Counted from the stretch's first letter, positions 37,186-47,524 are shown. The stretch is 64,000 nt of DNA from Candidatus Woesearchaeota archaeon (GCA_016928115.1 JAFGLI010000007.1:12364-76363); one strand, 5' to 3'. A program made the numbers and translations. Notes: generated by a model not told the origin, from the letters alone.

Positions 37186-37617
37186 TTGATTATCTTTATG
37201 AAAAACAAATATTATATAGACACTTGCATATGGAGAGATTATTTTGAGAACAGAAAAGATAAATTCCGGCCTTTGGGTGAATGGGCTTTTAAGTTATTCA
37301 AAAAAATAATATTAAATAATGAAAAAGTTATATATTCTGAAGTTGTGGTGGAAGAACTTCTAAATTATTTTAACAAAGAGAAAATAAAGGAAATATTTAG
37401 TATTGTAAAAAGAGAAGGATTACTGGAAAAAGCAAATATTACAAAAGATCAAATTAAAGAAGCTAAAAAATTGCAGTTCCAAAGAAAAACACCCTTCAGA
37501 GATACCTTACATTCTATCTTGGCCAGAGATAATAAATCTATTTTAGTAACAAGGGACAAACATTTTAATGAATTACAGAACATAGTAAAAATCAAGAAAC
37601 CAGAAGAATTAATCTAA
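37186..37617 (+). CDS. PIN-domain nuclease (VapC-like), paralog of 36397..36828
   Basis: YIDTCIWRDYFENR...VTRDKHF; same length and architecture as the paralog. Confidence 0.75.
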   Translation: MIIFMKNKYYIDTCIWRDYFENRKDKFRPLGEWAFKLFKKIILNNEKVIYSEVVVEELLNYFNKEKIKEIFSIVKREGLLEKANITKDQIKEAKKLQFQRKTPFRDTLHSILARDNKSILVTRDKHFNELQNIVKIKKPEELI

Positions 37618-37878
37618 ATCAATTCCAAATTTTTTAGCATATTTCCTGGCAACTTTTTCTCCTGTTTTATGTAAATCCTCATCAGTTACATGCTTATTTT
37701 TTGCAAACCCTTTTAGCTCTTCTAATCTTCTTATTGCCATTTCCTTCTCTTTTTCCCTAATCTTATCCCTTATAGCCTCTCTTATGAATTCTGTTTTAGT
37801 AGAATAACCATTGCTATCAATGGTTTTTTTCATCTGGCTTATCAGTTTATTTCCTATTTTTAGGCTTATAGTCTGCAT
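37609..37878 (-). CDS. ribbon-helix-helix (CopG-family) protein, convergent with PIN gene; paralog of 36821..37087
   Basis: TISLKIGNKLISQMKKTI...STKTEFIREAIRDKI; 9-nt antisense overlap with the PIN 3' end. Confidence 0.7.
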   Translation of the reverse strand: MQTISLKIGNKLISQMKKTIDSNGYSTKTEFIREAIRDKIREKEKEMAIRRLEELKGFAKNKHVTDEDLHKTGEKVARKYAKKFGIDLD

Positions 37879-37947
37879 TGTATTACTAAGTAATATTAAG
37901 TAATATATAAATCTTTCTCTTAAATTCCCGGAAATCTATCAAAAATA

Positions 37948-39489
37948 CTAATAGAACTTTTTAACTAACCTTTTCAGCCATCTTAAATTCAGGCCTAATT
38001 TTTTCTCTACTGCCAAAACAATATCAAAGTCCTCTTTTGTAAAGGTTTTCAGCATTATCAATAATAGGAAATACAAGACAACATATAATATTACAGAAAC
38101 ACCCAATTCTAAAAATTTATTAAAAGGAGACTTAAATACTGAAGCCGCTATTAAAACAGCAGGGATTCCTGCAGTAATAAACTTCAAATTATATAACCAG
38201 TCAAATCTAAGTTTCTCATATTGTTTTGCTTTCCATAAGAATATTAAGTTCTGCAAAGCCATTGAGCTTGCTGAGGCTAGTGCTGCTCCTGTAATTCCAT
38301 AAATAGGTATCAAAAATATGTTCATTCCTATATTATATGAGGCTATCAGCAAATCAACCCAGAAAATAAACCTTGTCTGCTTATGGACCATTAATATATT
38401 CATATTCAGGCCAGTTGACAGGTTAATCAAAAAACCTGTCGAGGCTATTATCAGCGGCATATAGCCAAGAGCATATTCCTTTCCGTAAAACAAGGTTAAT
38501 ATCTGTCTTGAATAAAGGACCATTACTAAAAACAAAGGAAAGCTTAAGCCGAAAATCCATGCTGCTGATTTTTTAAAAAGAAAGCTTATCTCTTTAAATT
38601 TTTTCTTGGCATAATTCTCTGAAATCAAAGGAGTAAATACAGCAGAGAAACTTGACTGGAAAAATGATAAAAACATGGCAAATGAAAATGCTATTGAGTA
38701 AATACCTAACTGCGAAGGGTCAAGGAATTTGCCTATAACAATATTATCTGACCAGGAAACAAAAAACATCAGAAATCCTGTAAAGAATAAAGGCAAAGAA
38801 AACACAACCCATTCTTTTTTCCTGTAAACAGGTTTTCCGGCAGGCTTACTGATTTTTATTTTAAAATGATAAACAAAAAAGCAGTATAAAAATGATAAAA
38901 CTGTTGATAAAAACAAGAGCCAGATTATCGCTGAAACACTCAAATCAGTCAATATTATGAATATCATCCCGAAAAGAAGGGTAAGGTTTTTTACCATCTT
39001 CAGCCCAATCATCTTATGCATAACTTTTTTATTTGCCAGTAATATCTCTGCAAAAATCTTGCTGAAAACATCAAAAGGCAGTGCAAAAGCCATTATTTTC
39101 AGGAATAAGGGAAAAACAGAAGGGAAATTAAAAAAAGATGTAATCTGTGAAGAAAAAAGGAAAAGGAAAAAAGCCAGAATAACAGAAAAAATCAAAGGAT
39201 AGGATAAAACAAATTTAAGATATCCTGACAGGCTTTTTTTATCTTTCTTGCCTTCGTAAAAAGGGATATATCTTGTTATTCCCTGGGTTATTCCAAGACT
39301 TGCCAACAGACTTCCCAGCAAGAGTATGGTTTCAGCCAAAGTATACTGGCCGAATCCTTCAGGCTTTAAATAACGCGCAGCCATTAACTTAAAAAAGAAC
39401 ATAATCACATATCCAAGGAATACAAAGATTACACTAATCCCTGCCCCTTTTGCCAGTATTTTTAAATTTGATGTATTGGTTTTTTTCAT
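37948..39489 (-). CDS. Wzx-like oligosaccharide flippase (MOP superfamily, AglR-like)
   Basis: 513 aa, about 14 TM helices; typical polysaccharide-biosynthesis-protein N-terminus. Confidence 0.75.
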   Translation of the reverse strand: MKKTNTSNLKILAKGAGISVIFVFLGYVIMFFFKLMAARYLKPEGFGQYTLAETILLLGSLLASLGITQGITRYIPFYEGKKDKKSLSGYLKFVLSYPLIFSVILAFFLFLFSSQITSFFNFPSVFPLFLKIMAFALPFDVFSKIFAEILLANKKVMHKMIGLKMVKNLTLLFGMIFIILTDLSVSAIIWLLFLSTVLSFLYCFFVYHFKIKISKPAGKPVYRKKEWVVFSLPLFFTGFLMFFVSWSDNIVIGKFLDPSQLGIYSIAFSFAMFLSFFQSSFSAVFTPLISENYAKKKFKEISFLFKKSAAWIFGLSFPLFLVMVLYSRQILTLFYGKEYALGYMPLIIASTGFLINLSTGLNMNILMVHKQTRFIFWVDLLIASYNIGMNIFLIPIYGITGAALASASSMALQNLIFLWKAKQYEKLRFDWLYNLKFITAGIPAVLIAASVFKSPFNKFLELGVSVILYVVLYFLLLIMLKTFTKEDFDIVLAVEKKLGLNLRWLKRLVKKFY

Positions 39490-39530
39490 TTTTATTTATT
39501 GGTTTATTTACAAGGTTATTGATTATATTT

Positions 39531-40259
39531 TCAGTTATATTTCTTCCTAAGCCAGTCATTGAGCCTTATCCTGAACAAATCCAAAAGCATCTGAAATGAG
39601 TCTTTTATTGAACTTACTTTTGACTCAGTGTCATTGGTCCATATTACAGGGACTTCTTTTATTTTAAAGTTATGCTTCTTTGCTATATATAATAATTCCG
39701 GGTCAAAGCCAAAGCCGCTTATGGTCTGCCTCTTAAAAATTATTTCTGCTGATTTTCTTGAGAACATCTTAAAGCCGCACTGCGTATCCCTGACTCTTAA
39801 GCCTGTAATCAGCAAAGTTGAAAAAGAAAAGATTCTACCCATAATCTTCCTGTAAAAAGGCTGTCCTATTACTTTTGATTCGGGCAAGTCCCTTGAAGCA
39901 ATAATCACATCATGTTTTTTTATATATTTAAGAAGCTTATCTGCCTCAGTGATTGGAGTGGATAAATCAACATCGCTGAATAATACCCAGTTATATTTTG
40001 AAAGAAAAAACCCTTCTTTCACAGAATATCCCTTGCCCTTATTTTTCCTTTTTTTATTCAGCTTAATATTAAGTTTCCTGTTTTTTCTGCTGAAATTCTT
40101 TATGACTTTCCTTGTATTATCTGAAGAGCCGTCATCTATGAGCAAAAGCTCATATTTTCCCTTAAAACCTGAAAGATAATCTTTTATTTCTGGCAGATTT
40201 CGTTTCAGTCTCTTTTCCTCATTATAAACAGGTATTATTATTGAAAGATTCATTTTCAT
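39531..40259 (-). CDS. GT2 glycosyltransferase, dolichyl-phosphate hexosyltransferase-like
   Basis: LSIIIPVYNEE, LLIDDGSSD, DLSTP; 242 aa. Confidence 0.8.
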   Translation of the reverse strand: MKMNLSIIIPVYNEEKRLKRNLPEIKDYLSGFKGKYELLLIDDGSSDNTRKVIKNFSRKNRKLNIKLNKKRKNKGKGYSVKEGFFLSKYNWVLFSDVDLSTPITEADKLLKYIKKHDVIIASRDLPESKVIGQPFYRKIMGRIFSFSTLLITGLRVRDTQCGFKMFSRKSAEIIFKRQTISGFGFDPELLYIAKKHNFKIKEVPVIWTNDTESKVSSIKDSFQMLLDLFRIRLNDWLRKKYN

Positions 40260-42046
40260 TTCTCAATCAGTGTATTGTTTACCCGGAAAATAACTATATA
40301 AGGCTGCTCAGATTCGCCCCAGAACATCACAGGATAGATAAACTCCTCGAATTTTTCAGACCATAGATTATCATTTACAGGCTCAAGCAAGTCATATAAA
40401 GGAACCCCTTCTTTGCCAGGGTCTAATTTTTTATTTACCCTGTTATAGCTTACATTATATTTATCAAAAATCCCGGAATTTTTTGGAAAAACTAAAAATG
40501 GGTCCCACTGCAGATTGCTTATCCAGTTCTGGTCATAATAAACATAGGATATATTGTATTTTTTTATCAGCTCCTTTGTTTTTTCAGAGTCATTCCCGTA
40601 AAGCATGATTGAAGCATCTGTCATTCTTTCATCCAGATCGACAAACTGGGAGGTATGGGTTCCCCTGTTAACAACTATTTTTCTTCCTGTCAATGAAAAT
40701 AAGGCAAATGAATTCTCATTTGTTGACAGGAAAACATCATTTTTATCTGTATTTTGCTTTACCCACTGAGCCATGCTGAACATTATATTCTGTTCCTGCC
40801 TGCCTGTATCAGCCCATCTGTCAGAATACTCATTATGTTTCTGCTGGACTGCCGCTGCAATAAGTAATATTCCTATTAATCCTATTGCTATATAACTATA
40901 TTTTATATCAACTTTTTTCATAGTATTTATTACAGCTATGATGCCGATGGTTAAAAGAACAGCTTTCAGCAAGCCGGGGAGATAAATCAAAAACTGCCAG
41001 TAGACCATTATATCAATGCCAAGGGGCATGGTTATAAAATAATAAAAGCCGCCAGCAATAATGGTGATGAAAAGCATAAAAATTATTTTATTACTGAATT
41101 CCTCCCTGTTTTTTACAATATAGCAAAACCCTATTAAGGCAAATAAAGAAAGAATAAATACAAAGAAAGAGGAATAATCAAAAAACATCTCTTTCAGGAA
41201 AACAAAAAGATTAGATATGCCCGGGATTCTTGAACTATACGCGGGCTGGTTGTTCAGGGTATTTAATTTATAAACAAACAGCAAAGGCCCCAGATAAGGC
41301 ATTGATACAACTATCCCTATTAAAACAGGCAGCCAATAATCCCTGAAGAACTCTTTTGCTCTATTCAAAACATTAGTTATTTTATGCTTATAAGAAACTA
41401 TGAGCTCATAAACAAAATAAACTATTAAAAACAACCCTGCACTGGCAAAAGCCATTATATGTGTAAGTCCCAAGGCTCCAAAAATTAATCCCAGAAATAT
41501 CCTGTTCTTCAGGCTTTTATTCTCATTAAAGTTCAAAAACATAAGGAAGAATAAAGGTATCAATAACCTCTGTGCAAACGGCCTTGCATGCATCTGGCTG
41601 TAAGCAGTAATAATCCCCAGCCATATAAAGCTGAATAAAAAGGCCCAGTAGTCCTTTTTGAATAATTTTTTTCCAATATAAAAAGAAGTTATCCCGCTTA
41701 AAATTAAAACAACCAAAGGAAAAAACAAAAAGGTTTTCATTACATCAAAACCAAATATTCTGGCAGTATAGGCAACAAGTGAATGATATAACCAGCCATA
41801 ATGATTATACTCGCCAAGGATTTGAGGATTTGTCCATGGTGCATTCCCATTATAGATATGCTGCACTACACCATAATGAAAATAATAATCCCCACCGTAC
41901 AAAGGGCTTGGCAACTGGTTAAATCCGGAAATAAAATTTAAATAAAATACTAAGAAAGGGATTATCAGAACAGCAATATAGATTAACTCTTTTTTTCTTT
42001 TTTCTTTGAAAAATGTTTTTTCATCAAGGATTTTTTTCTTAGTCAT
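40256..42046 (-). CDS. GT-C fold polytopic membrane glycosyltransferase (ArnT/PMT/AglS-like), putative
   Basis: 596 aa; about 11 N-terminal TM helices with a conserved acidic loop (YGGDYYFHYG); soluble C-terminal domain. Confidence 0.55.
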   Translation of the reverse strand: MTKKKILDEKTFFKEKRKKELIYIAVLIIPFLVFYLNFISGFNQLPSPLYGGDYYFHYGVVQHIYNGNAPWTNPQILGEYNHYGWLYHSLVAYTARIFGFDVMKTFLFFPLVVLILSGITSFYIGKKLFKKDYWAFLFSFIWLGIITAYSQMHARPFAQRLLIPLFFLMFLNFNENKSLKNRIFLGLIFGALGLTHIMAFASAGLFLIVYFVYELIVSYKHKITNVLNRAKEFFRDYWLPVLIGIVVSMPYLGPLLFVYKLNTLNNQPAYSSRIPGISNLFVFLKEMFFDYSSFFVFILSLFALIGFCYIVKNREEFSNKIIFMLFITIIAGGFYYFITMPLGIDIMVYWQFLIYLPGLLKAVLLTIGIIAVINTMKKVDIKYSYIAIGLIGILLIAAAVQQKHNEYSDRWADTGRQEQNIMFSMAQWVKQNTDKNDVFLSTNENSFALFSLTGRKIVVNRGTHTSQFVDLDERMTDASIMLYGNDSEKTKELIKKYNISYVYYDQNWISNLQWDPFLVFPKNSGIFDKYNVSYNRVNKKLDPGKEGVPLYDLLEPVNDNLWSEKFEEFIYPVMFWGESEQPYIVIFRVNNTLIEK

Positions 42047-43007
42047 TTTTATTCTTTTTATACCATTCAGTAAACTTTTTCATTCCTTCTTCTATTGAAA
42101 CCTTGGGCTCCCATCCTAACATATTCTTTGCCTTATCTATGCTGGCACAGGTTACAGGCACATCACCTTCCTGCTCAGGATACTGCTTTATCTTTGCTTT
42201 TCTTCCTACTGCTTTTTCAACCACTTTTATAAAATGGTTTAAATCAATGAGAGTTGAATTTCCTAAATTTATAATTTCAAAATCCAGGTTTTTTTCTAAG
42301 GCTTTTGTAACACCCTCAACTATATCTCCTACATAAGTATAATCCCTTTTTGTTGTTCCATCCCCGAATCTTTTTATTTGTTTTCCTTCATCAATCCATT
42401 TTGTAAACAGATAAGGTGCCATATCAGGCCTTCCTCTCGGGCCGTAGACTGTAAAGAACCTTAAAATAATAACATTCAAATCTGTAAGATGGCTGTAAGT
42501 ATAACAAAACAACTCACAGGCTTTCTTGGAAGCAGCATATGGTGAAATAGGATGGGAAGTGTCATCAGTTTCTTCAAAAGGAGCTTTATTGACCTTGCCG
42601 TAAACTGAAGAGGATGAGCCAAATACAAAATTTTTGACTTTATATTTTTTAGAAAGTTCTAACATATTAACTGTACCTGAAACATTTGTTTCCTTAAACC
42701 ATAATGGTTTTTCAATAGAAGGCCTTACTCCTGCCCTTGCAGCCAGATGAACTACTTTATCAATCTTCTCATTACAAAAAACCTGCTCCAACTCATCTTT
42801 TTCTCTTATATCAATAATCACTAAATTAAAATCAGGATTCTTGAAATTATGCTTGATGTTTTTTATCTTTCTTTCCGGTGAATAATACGGGTTAATATTA
42901 TCTACACAAATAACTTTTTTTCCTTTAGATAATAACTTATCGCATACATGGCTACCTATAAAACCTGCTCCTCCTGTAACCAAAATGGTTTCTTTTTTCT
43001 TTGACAT
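42039..43007 (-). CDS. NAD-dependent UDP-sugar epimerase/decarboxylase (UDP-glucuronate 4-epimerase/UXS-like)
   Basis: VTGGAGFIGSH, YAASKKACE (YxxxK), FTVYGPRGRPDMA. Confidence 0.8.
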   Translation of the reverse strand: MSKKKETILVTGGAGFIGSHVCDKLLSKGKKVICVDNINPYYSPERKIKNIKHNFKNPDFNLVIIDIREKDELEQVFCNEKIDKVVHLAARAGVRPSIEKPLWFKETNVSGTVNMLELSKKYKVKNFVFGSSSSVYGKVNKAPFEETDDTSHPISPYAASKKACELFCYTYSHLTDLNVIILRFFTVYGPRGRPDMAPYLFTKWIDEGKQIKRFGDGTTKRDYTYVGDIVEGVTKALEKNLDFEIINLGNSTLIDLNHFIKVVEKAVGRKAKIKQYPEQEGDVPVTCASIDKAKNMLGWEPKVSIEEGMKKFTEWYKKNKND

Positions 43008-43008
43008 T

Positions 43009-44334
43009 TTATCTCCTCCCTACTCCGTTATATTCAAAACCCTCCTCTTTTATCTCTTCAGGATTATATATGTTACGAGCATCAAACAATCTTGCTTTAT
43101 TCATTTTTTTCTTTATTTTTTTAAAATCAGGCTCCCTGAACTCATCCCATTCTGTTAGTATTACAAGTATATCTGCGTTTTCAACAACATCATAAGAAGT
43201 TTCTCCATAAGAAATATTATCAGAAGGAGGAAATTCTTTTTTAAAATTCTCTTTGGCTTCAGGGTCAAATAGTTTTAATTTAGCTCCTTTTTTAAGAAAC
43301 TCATTCACTATGGATAAAGAAGGCGACTCCCTTACATCATCAGTTCTTGGCTTAAAGGATAAACCCCAGACTGCTATTGTTTTTCCTTTTAAATTCCCAA
43401 GCCATTCCTCAATTCTTTTTACAACATATTTTTTTTGCTCCTCATTTGCCTTGATAACAGACTCAAAAATATAATTTGGGGAATTATTTTCCTTTAAAGT
43501 CATTGCCAATCCGGAAACATCCTTTGGAAAACATGAGCCACCGAAGCCTGAACCAGCCTGAAGAAACCTTGTTCCTATCCTTGAATCAAGCCCCATTCCT
43601 TTTGAAACCTCTTTTATGTTGGCGCCAATCTTATCGCAAAACTGGGAAAGCTGATTAATAAAAGAAATCCTGGTAGCCAACATTGCATTTGATGCATATT
43701 TAATTAATTCTGCTGATTTTCTGTCAGTAAATATTATGGGCCTTCCTACTCTTACTGTAGACCTGTAAAGCCTTTCCATGATTTTTATTGATTTCTCATC
43801 TTTGGTCTTTGTCCCAACAACAACCCTATCAGGGTTCTGGAAGTCCTTTATGGCTGCCCCTTCCCTTAAAAATTCAGGATTGGAAACAACATCAAAATCT
43901 ATTTTTTTATTACTTTTTTTCAGCTCCTCTTTTATTATTTTCTCAACCTTTTCTGCAGTCCCTACAGGAACAGTGCTTTTATCAACAATAACCTTATAGC
44001 TGTTTATGTATTTTCCTATGGACTTAGCAACAGAATAAATATATTCCATATTTACAGAGCCGTCTTTTTGCGGGGGAGTTCCCACGCAGATGAATATTAT
44101 ATCTGAGTTTTGTATAGCTTTTTTTGTGTCTGCAGTAAAGATTAATCTTTTTTCCCTTATGTTTCTTTCAATCAGGTCCCTTAAGCCCCTTTCATAAATA
44201 GGCATTATGCCTTTTTCAAGATTTTTTAGTTTTTCTTTATCCTTGTCAAGACATATGACGTCATTTCCCATATCAGCCAGACACGTCCCTGTCACCAGAC
44301 CAACATAGCCTGTGCCAACTATAGTTATCTTCAT
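43009..44334 (-). CDS. ugd: UDP-glucose 6-dehydrogenase (AglM/Ugd-like)
   Basis: ITIVGTGYVGLVTGTCLA, catalytic-Cys region GGSCFPKD, FICVGTP. Confidence 0.85.
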   Translation of the reverse strand: MKITIVGTGYVGLVTGTCLADMGNDVICLDKDKEKLKNLEKGIMPIYERGLRDLIERNIREKRLIFTADTKKAIQNSDIIFICVGTPPQKDGSVNMEYIYSVAKSIGKYINSYKVIVDKSTVPVGTAEKVEKIIKEELKKSNKKIDFDVVSNPEFLREGAAIKDFQNPDRVVVGTKTKDEKSIKIMERLYRSTVRVGRPIIFTDRKSAELIKYASNAMLATRISFINQLSQFCDKIGANIKEVSKGMGLDSRIGTRFLQAGSGFGGSCFPKDVSGLAMTLKENNSPNYIFESVIKANEEQKKYVVKRIEEWLGNLKGKTIAVWGLSFKPRTDDVRESPSLSIVNEFLKKGAKLKLFDPEAKENFKKEFPPSDNISYGETSYDVVENADILVILTEWDEFREPDFKKIKKKMNKARLFDARNIYNPEEIKEEGFEYNGVGRR

Positions 44335-44401
44335 GAAAAACCCCCTTCAATATTATAAATTATAGAGAATAATCTTTATTTATAAATGTTTTTAATAAAA
44401 T

Positions 44402-44540
44402 GACTATGTTAAAAAGTTCGTCTGTGCCGTGAATGTCATTGATTGTTTTTGACAATCATGGCATGGCCAGACGAAGCTTACCATGTTCCCATACAAATTA
44501 TGGGGTTATGGTAAGCGTAGTAGGACTTTTTAACATAGTC
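44402..44540. repeat. 139-bp palindromic multi-hairpin element with 16-bp perfect terminal inverted repeats (MITE-like or structured ncRNA)
   Basis: GACTATGTTAAAAAGT (44402-44417) is the exact reverse complement of 44525-44540. Nested stems: TCGTCTG/CAGACGA, TGATTGTttttgACAATCA, GCTTACCAT/ATGGTAAGC enclosing CCCAT/ATGGG. Confidence 0.6.
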
Positions 44541-44563
44541 TGATTAAAAATTAAAAACAGTTA

Positions 44564-44575
44564 ATTTTATAAATA
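44564..44575 (+). promoter_or_regulatory. TATA box for the 5S rRNA gene
   Basis: TTTTATAAATAA centred about 25 nt upstream of the 5S 5' end. Confidence 0.5.
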
Positions 44576-44594
44576 AAAAGAAAATCCTTAATAT

Positions 44595-44707
<113 letters not shown>

Positions 44708-44724
44708 TTTATTTTTCTGATAAT

Positions 44725-44937
44725 TTATTCCAAAAGCTCATTTCCCAGCTTTATCAAATCCTTTATATCATCATCAACAGTCTTGCCGTACATTATAGCC
44801 TCATAATACTCTATAGGCTTTATGTTTGTAATAATTGTCTGCTGTATGATAAACCTGCCGTCTTTGCTTTTCTTTATTATAGACTCAATCTTAGGCATCT
44901 TTCTCAGCTGCTTTTCTTTTTTATTTGTTAATCCCAT
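44725..44937 (-). CDS. small basic hypothetical protein
   Basis: 70-aa ORF; no family recognised; may be spurious. Confidence 0.3.
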   Translation of the reverse strand: MGLTNKKEKQLRKMPKIESIIKKSKDGRFIIQQTIITNIKPIEYYEAIMYGKTVDDDIKDLIKLGNELLE

Positions 44938-45064
44938 TTATATCACCAAGATGAATAATCAAGAAAGTATTAATAAGTTTTTAGAAGAAAAAACCGGAAG
45001 TTTTGCTGTAAAGATAAAAAATAATCAGAAATAATTATTAGAAATATCCATGCCAAATTCTTTT

Positions 45065-45454
45065 TTATAAAGATACGAAATCCATAATCTTTTTCTCTTT
45101 TTTATACTGCTTATAAGCCTCAGTTAATTTAGGTAAAGCATAATCTATAAAATTTAATAAGAAAATATTATTATCTTTTGTAATTTTCCAAAGATAGTCA
45201 TTATCTTCAATTGATTTTAATATATCTCCTATACAAGGATTTTCTTTAAGGGTAAAATATGTAAATTCTTGTATATGGACAAGCAACTCCTCTAAATGTT
45301 TCTTATTAATTTTACCAAATTTTTTATTATATTCTTTTTTGGGTATGAATTCATTAATAGTTTTTCTTGCTATATCTGCCATTGCATTTCTAGTTTCAGA
45401 TTTAATTTCCTTAAAAATCTCATTAATATTATAATTTCCATTAATATTATTCAT
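45065..45454 (-). CDS. hypothetical protein
   Basis: 129-aa ORF, no recognisable motifs. Confidence 0.45.
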   Translation of the reverse strand: MNNINGNYNINEIFKEIKSETRNAMADIARKTINEFIPKKEYNKKFGKINKKHLEELLVHIQEFTYFTLKENPCIGDILKSIEDNDYLWKITKDNNIFLLNFIDYALPKLTEAYKQYKKEKKIMDFVSL

Positions 45455-45542
45455 ATTCTAGTGGTAAAACAAAATAATATTTAAACCTTACGAAATTAGT
45501 CTTTTAGAAACTTTTATTAATTAAATATTTTATATAGAGATA

Positions 45543-46019
45543 ATGAACCAGATAAACCACTTTTTAACATCATTTATTTTCCTTTATGTGTTTTTCATAG
45601 AAAAAGTTACAATAATAGAGATTATTATTTTCTCATTGATATTTGGTGTTTTAATAGACTTAAACCAGTTAATCGGAAGAAAGATGGGAAAACCTAGCAA
45701 ACACACAAGAACGTGGATTGAAGAGCCTTTTGGGTTAATACTTATAGGTATTCCAATAGGGATAATTTTAAGTTTGGTAAAAAAAGAATATTTATTTTTA
45801 ACAATAATCCCTTTCGGGCTGCATATACTTCTGGATTATGTAACCATACATGAGGTTTCACCTTTTGCACCATTTTCAAAGAAAAATATTAATATGGGTT
45901 TTTTCAGGTCAAATCCCCCTCCTTCATGGTACAGCGGGAAAGAAAAAGGTATTCCTGAAAATTTTTTCTTAATACTAAATATTATTATTGTGATTATTAT
46001 CGCAAGAATTATTATATGA
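45543..46019 (+). CDS. membrane-bound metal-dependent hydrolase-like protein (YdjM/DUF457-like)
   Basis: TM helices with a HILLDYVTIHE His/Asp cluster. Confidence 0.5.
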   Translation: MNQINHFLTSFIFLYVFFIEKVTIIEIIIFSLIFGVLIDLNQLIGRKMGKPSKHTRTWIEEPFGLILIGIPIGIILSLVKKEYLFLTIIPFGLHILLDYVTIHEVSPFAPFSKKNINMGFFRSNPPPSWYSGKEKGIPENFFLILNIIIVIIIARIII

Positions 46020-46061
46020 TAGACTGATAATGCATTAAATTTATAAATAAAAACTATTTCG

Positions 46062-47474
46062 TTGATTGAAAGGGGGGATAAAATGACTAAAAAGAAATCC
46101 AAAAAAATATCCAAGTCAAAGAAATCCAAAAAAACTAAAAAAAACAATAAAAAAACAATCATTCTGAGCATAATAGGTGTTATTATTCTGGCAGCAGCCG
46201 TATTTTTTATATTAAATATTTCTTCAGGTGAAACAAGAACTGTATATAATATAGACTATGCACTTAAATCAGGCGATGATATATTAGAAGAGCAAAACAA
46301 TTTCACAATGTATGGAGACAGCCTATCCTCTGTACTTAAACTTAAATCTGAAAAAGCAGATGAATTACTGAAAACCCTGAACATGGGAGAAGAAAAAGCC
46401 ATTACATTAGAAGCAAAGGATGCTTATGGTGAATATAATTCCAGCCTTACTTTTGACTACCCGAGGGTTTATGAAAGCGAGATGGCAAGGGAATTTAATG
46501 TCCCACTTAATGAATTCACTTCTTTTTTCGGAGAAGATCCTATGGTAAATGAAACATATTCAAACATACGGGTTCCCTGGGAATACACAGTTATGAGCTT
46601 TGATAACAGCACTGTTGATTTATATATAGAAACTGAAGAGGGAAAATCCCTCCCTTCAAATGACCCAAGGATATCAGCAGTCGTAAAAGAAGTTGATGAA
46701 GATGGCTTTATTATAGAAACCATACTTACTCCTGAAATAGGTGAAACAATACAGTTCACAGGCTACCCTGAGGCAAGAGTTGTTAACCTGACTGATGATA
46801 TAATAATAATGGACTCAAATAATCCTTATGCAGGAAAAACAGTCACTTTGACTATAAAACTAAATGAAAAAGAAACTGTTGAAGTACCTAAGGTAACAGG
46901 AAATGCATGCACTGAAGTTGAAAATGCTCCTACCTTGCAGGTTTTTATAATGAGTTACTGTCGTTATGGCTTGCAGGCATTGAAAGGAATGGTTCCTGTA
47001 TGGGAAAAATTTCAGGGAACAGCAAATATAGAATTAAGGTTTGTAAGCTATACAATGCACGGCGAAACAGAGGAAGAGGAAAACAATAGAATGATTTGCA
47101 TAAGGGAAGAGCAGTGTGATAAGCTATTACCTTACTTAAGGTGCTTTGCAGGAGACGGTGATTATGAAAGATGCTTAGCAGAAACAGGAGTGGACAAAGC
47201 AATGCTTAACACCTGTATGGAAAACAATGCAGAAACATATATGGAAGAAGACAGTGAATTAAATGAACTGTATGGTGTTACAGGAAGCCCTAGTTTTGTT
47301 CTAAATGGAGAAAAATCAAGCATAGGAAGATCACCTGACGCAATTAAAACAGCTATCTGCGATGCTTTTGAAGGTCAAAAACCTAGTGAATGTAGTGAGA
47401 TATTTGATACAGCAACACCTTCACCTGGATTAGGATGGGATGGCTCAAGCAGTTCAAGTAGTGGGCAGTGCTGA
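46062..47474 (+). CDS. membrane-anchored secreted FKBP-type PPIase-like / DsbA-like thioredoxin-fold fusion protein
   Basis: Lys-rich N-terminus plus TM; FKBP/SlyD-like blocks EAKDAYGEY and GKTVTLTIKL; C-terminal DsbA-like region (GSPSFVLNGEK) with a single-Cys SYCRYG instead of CxxC. Confidence 0.55.
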   Translation: MIERGDKMTKKKSKKISKSKKSKKTKKNNKKTIILSIIGVIILAAAVFFILNISSGETRTVYNIDYALKSGDDILEEQNNFTMYGDSLSSVLKLKSEKADELLKTLNMGEEKAITLEAKDAYGEYNSSLTFDYPRVYESEMAREFNVPLNEFTSFFGEDPMVNETYSNIRVPWEYTVMSFDNSTVDLYIETEEGKSLPSNDPRISAVVKEVDEDGFIIETILTPEIGETIQFTGYPEARVVNLTDDIIIMDSNNPYAGKTVTLTIKLNEKETVEVPKVTGNACTEVENAPTLQVFIMSYCRYGLQALKGMVPVWEKFQGTANIELRFVSYTMHGETEEEENNRMICIREEQCDKLLPYLRCFAGDGDYERCLAETGVDKAMLNTCMENNAETYMEEDSELNELYGVTGSPSFVLNGEKSSIGRSPDAIKTAICDAFEGQKPSECSEIFDTATPSPGLGWDGSSSSSSGQC

Positions 47475-47524
47475 ATAATATTTTGTTTTTATTAGTTTTT
47501 TATATTTTTAATAAATATTAAAAA

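Noticed and set aside
43001-43999. Several 60-75 aa + strand ORFs
   Set aside because: All lie antisense within the ugd gene.
44341-44400. Palindromic element as 5S rRNA leader or processing stem
   Set aside because: The 5S gene has its own TATA box about 25 nt upstream, downstream of the element. The inverted repeats flank the element, not the 5S.
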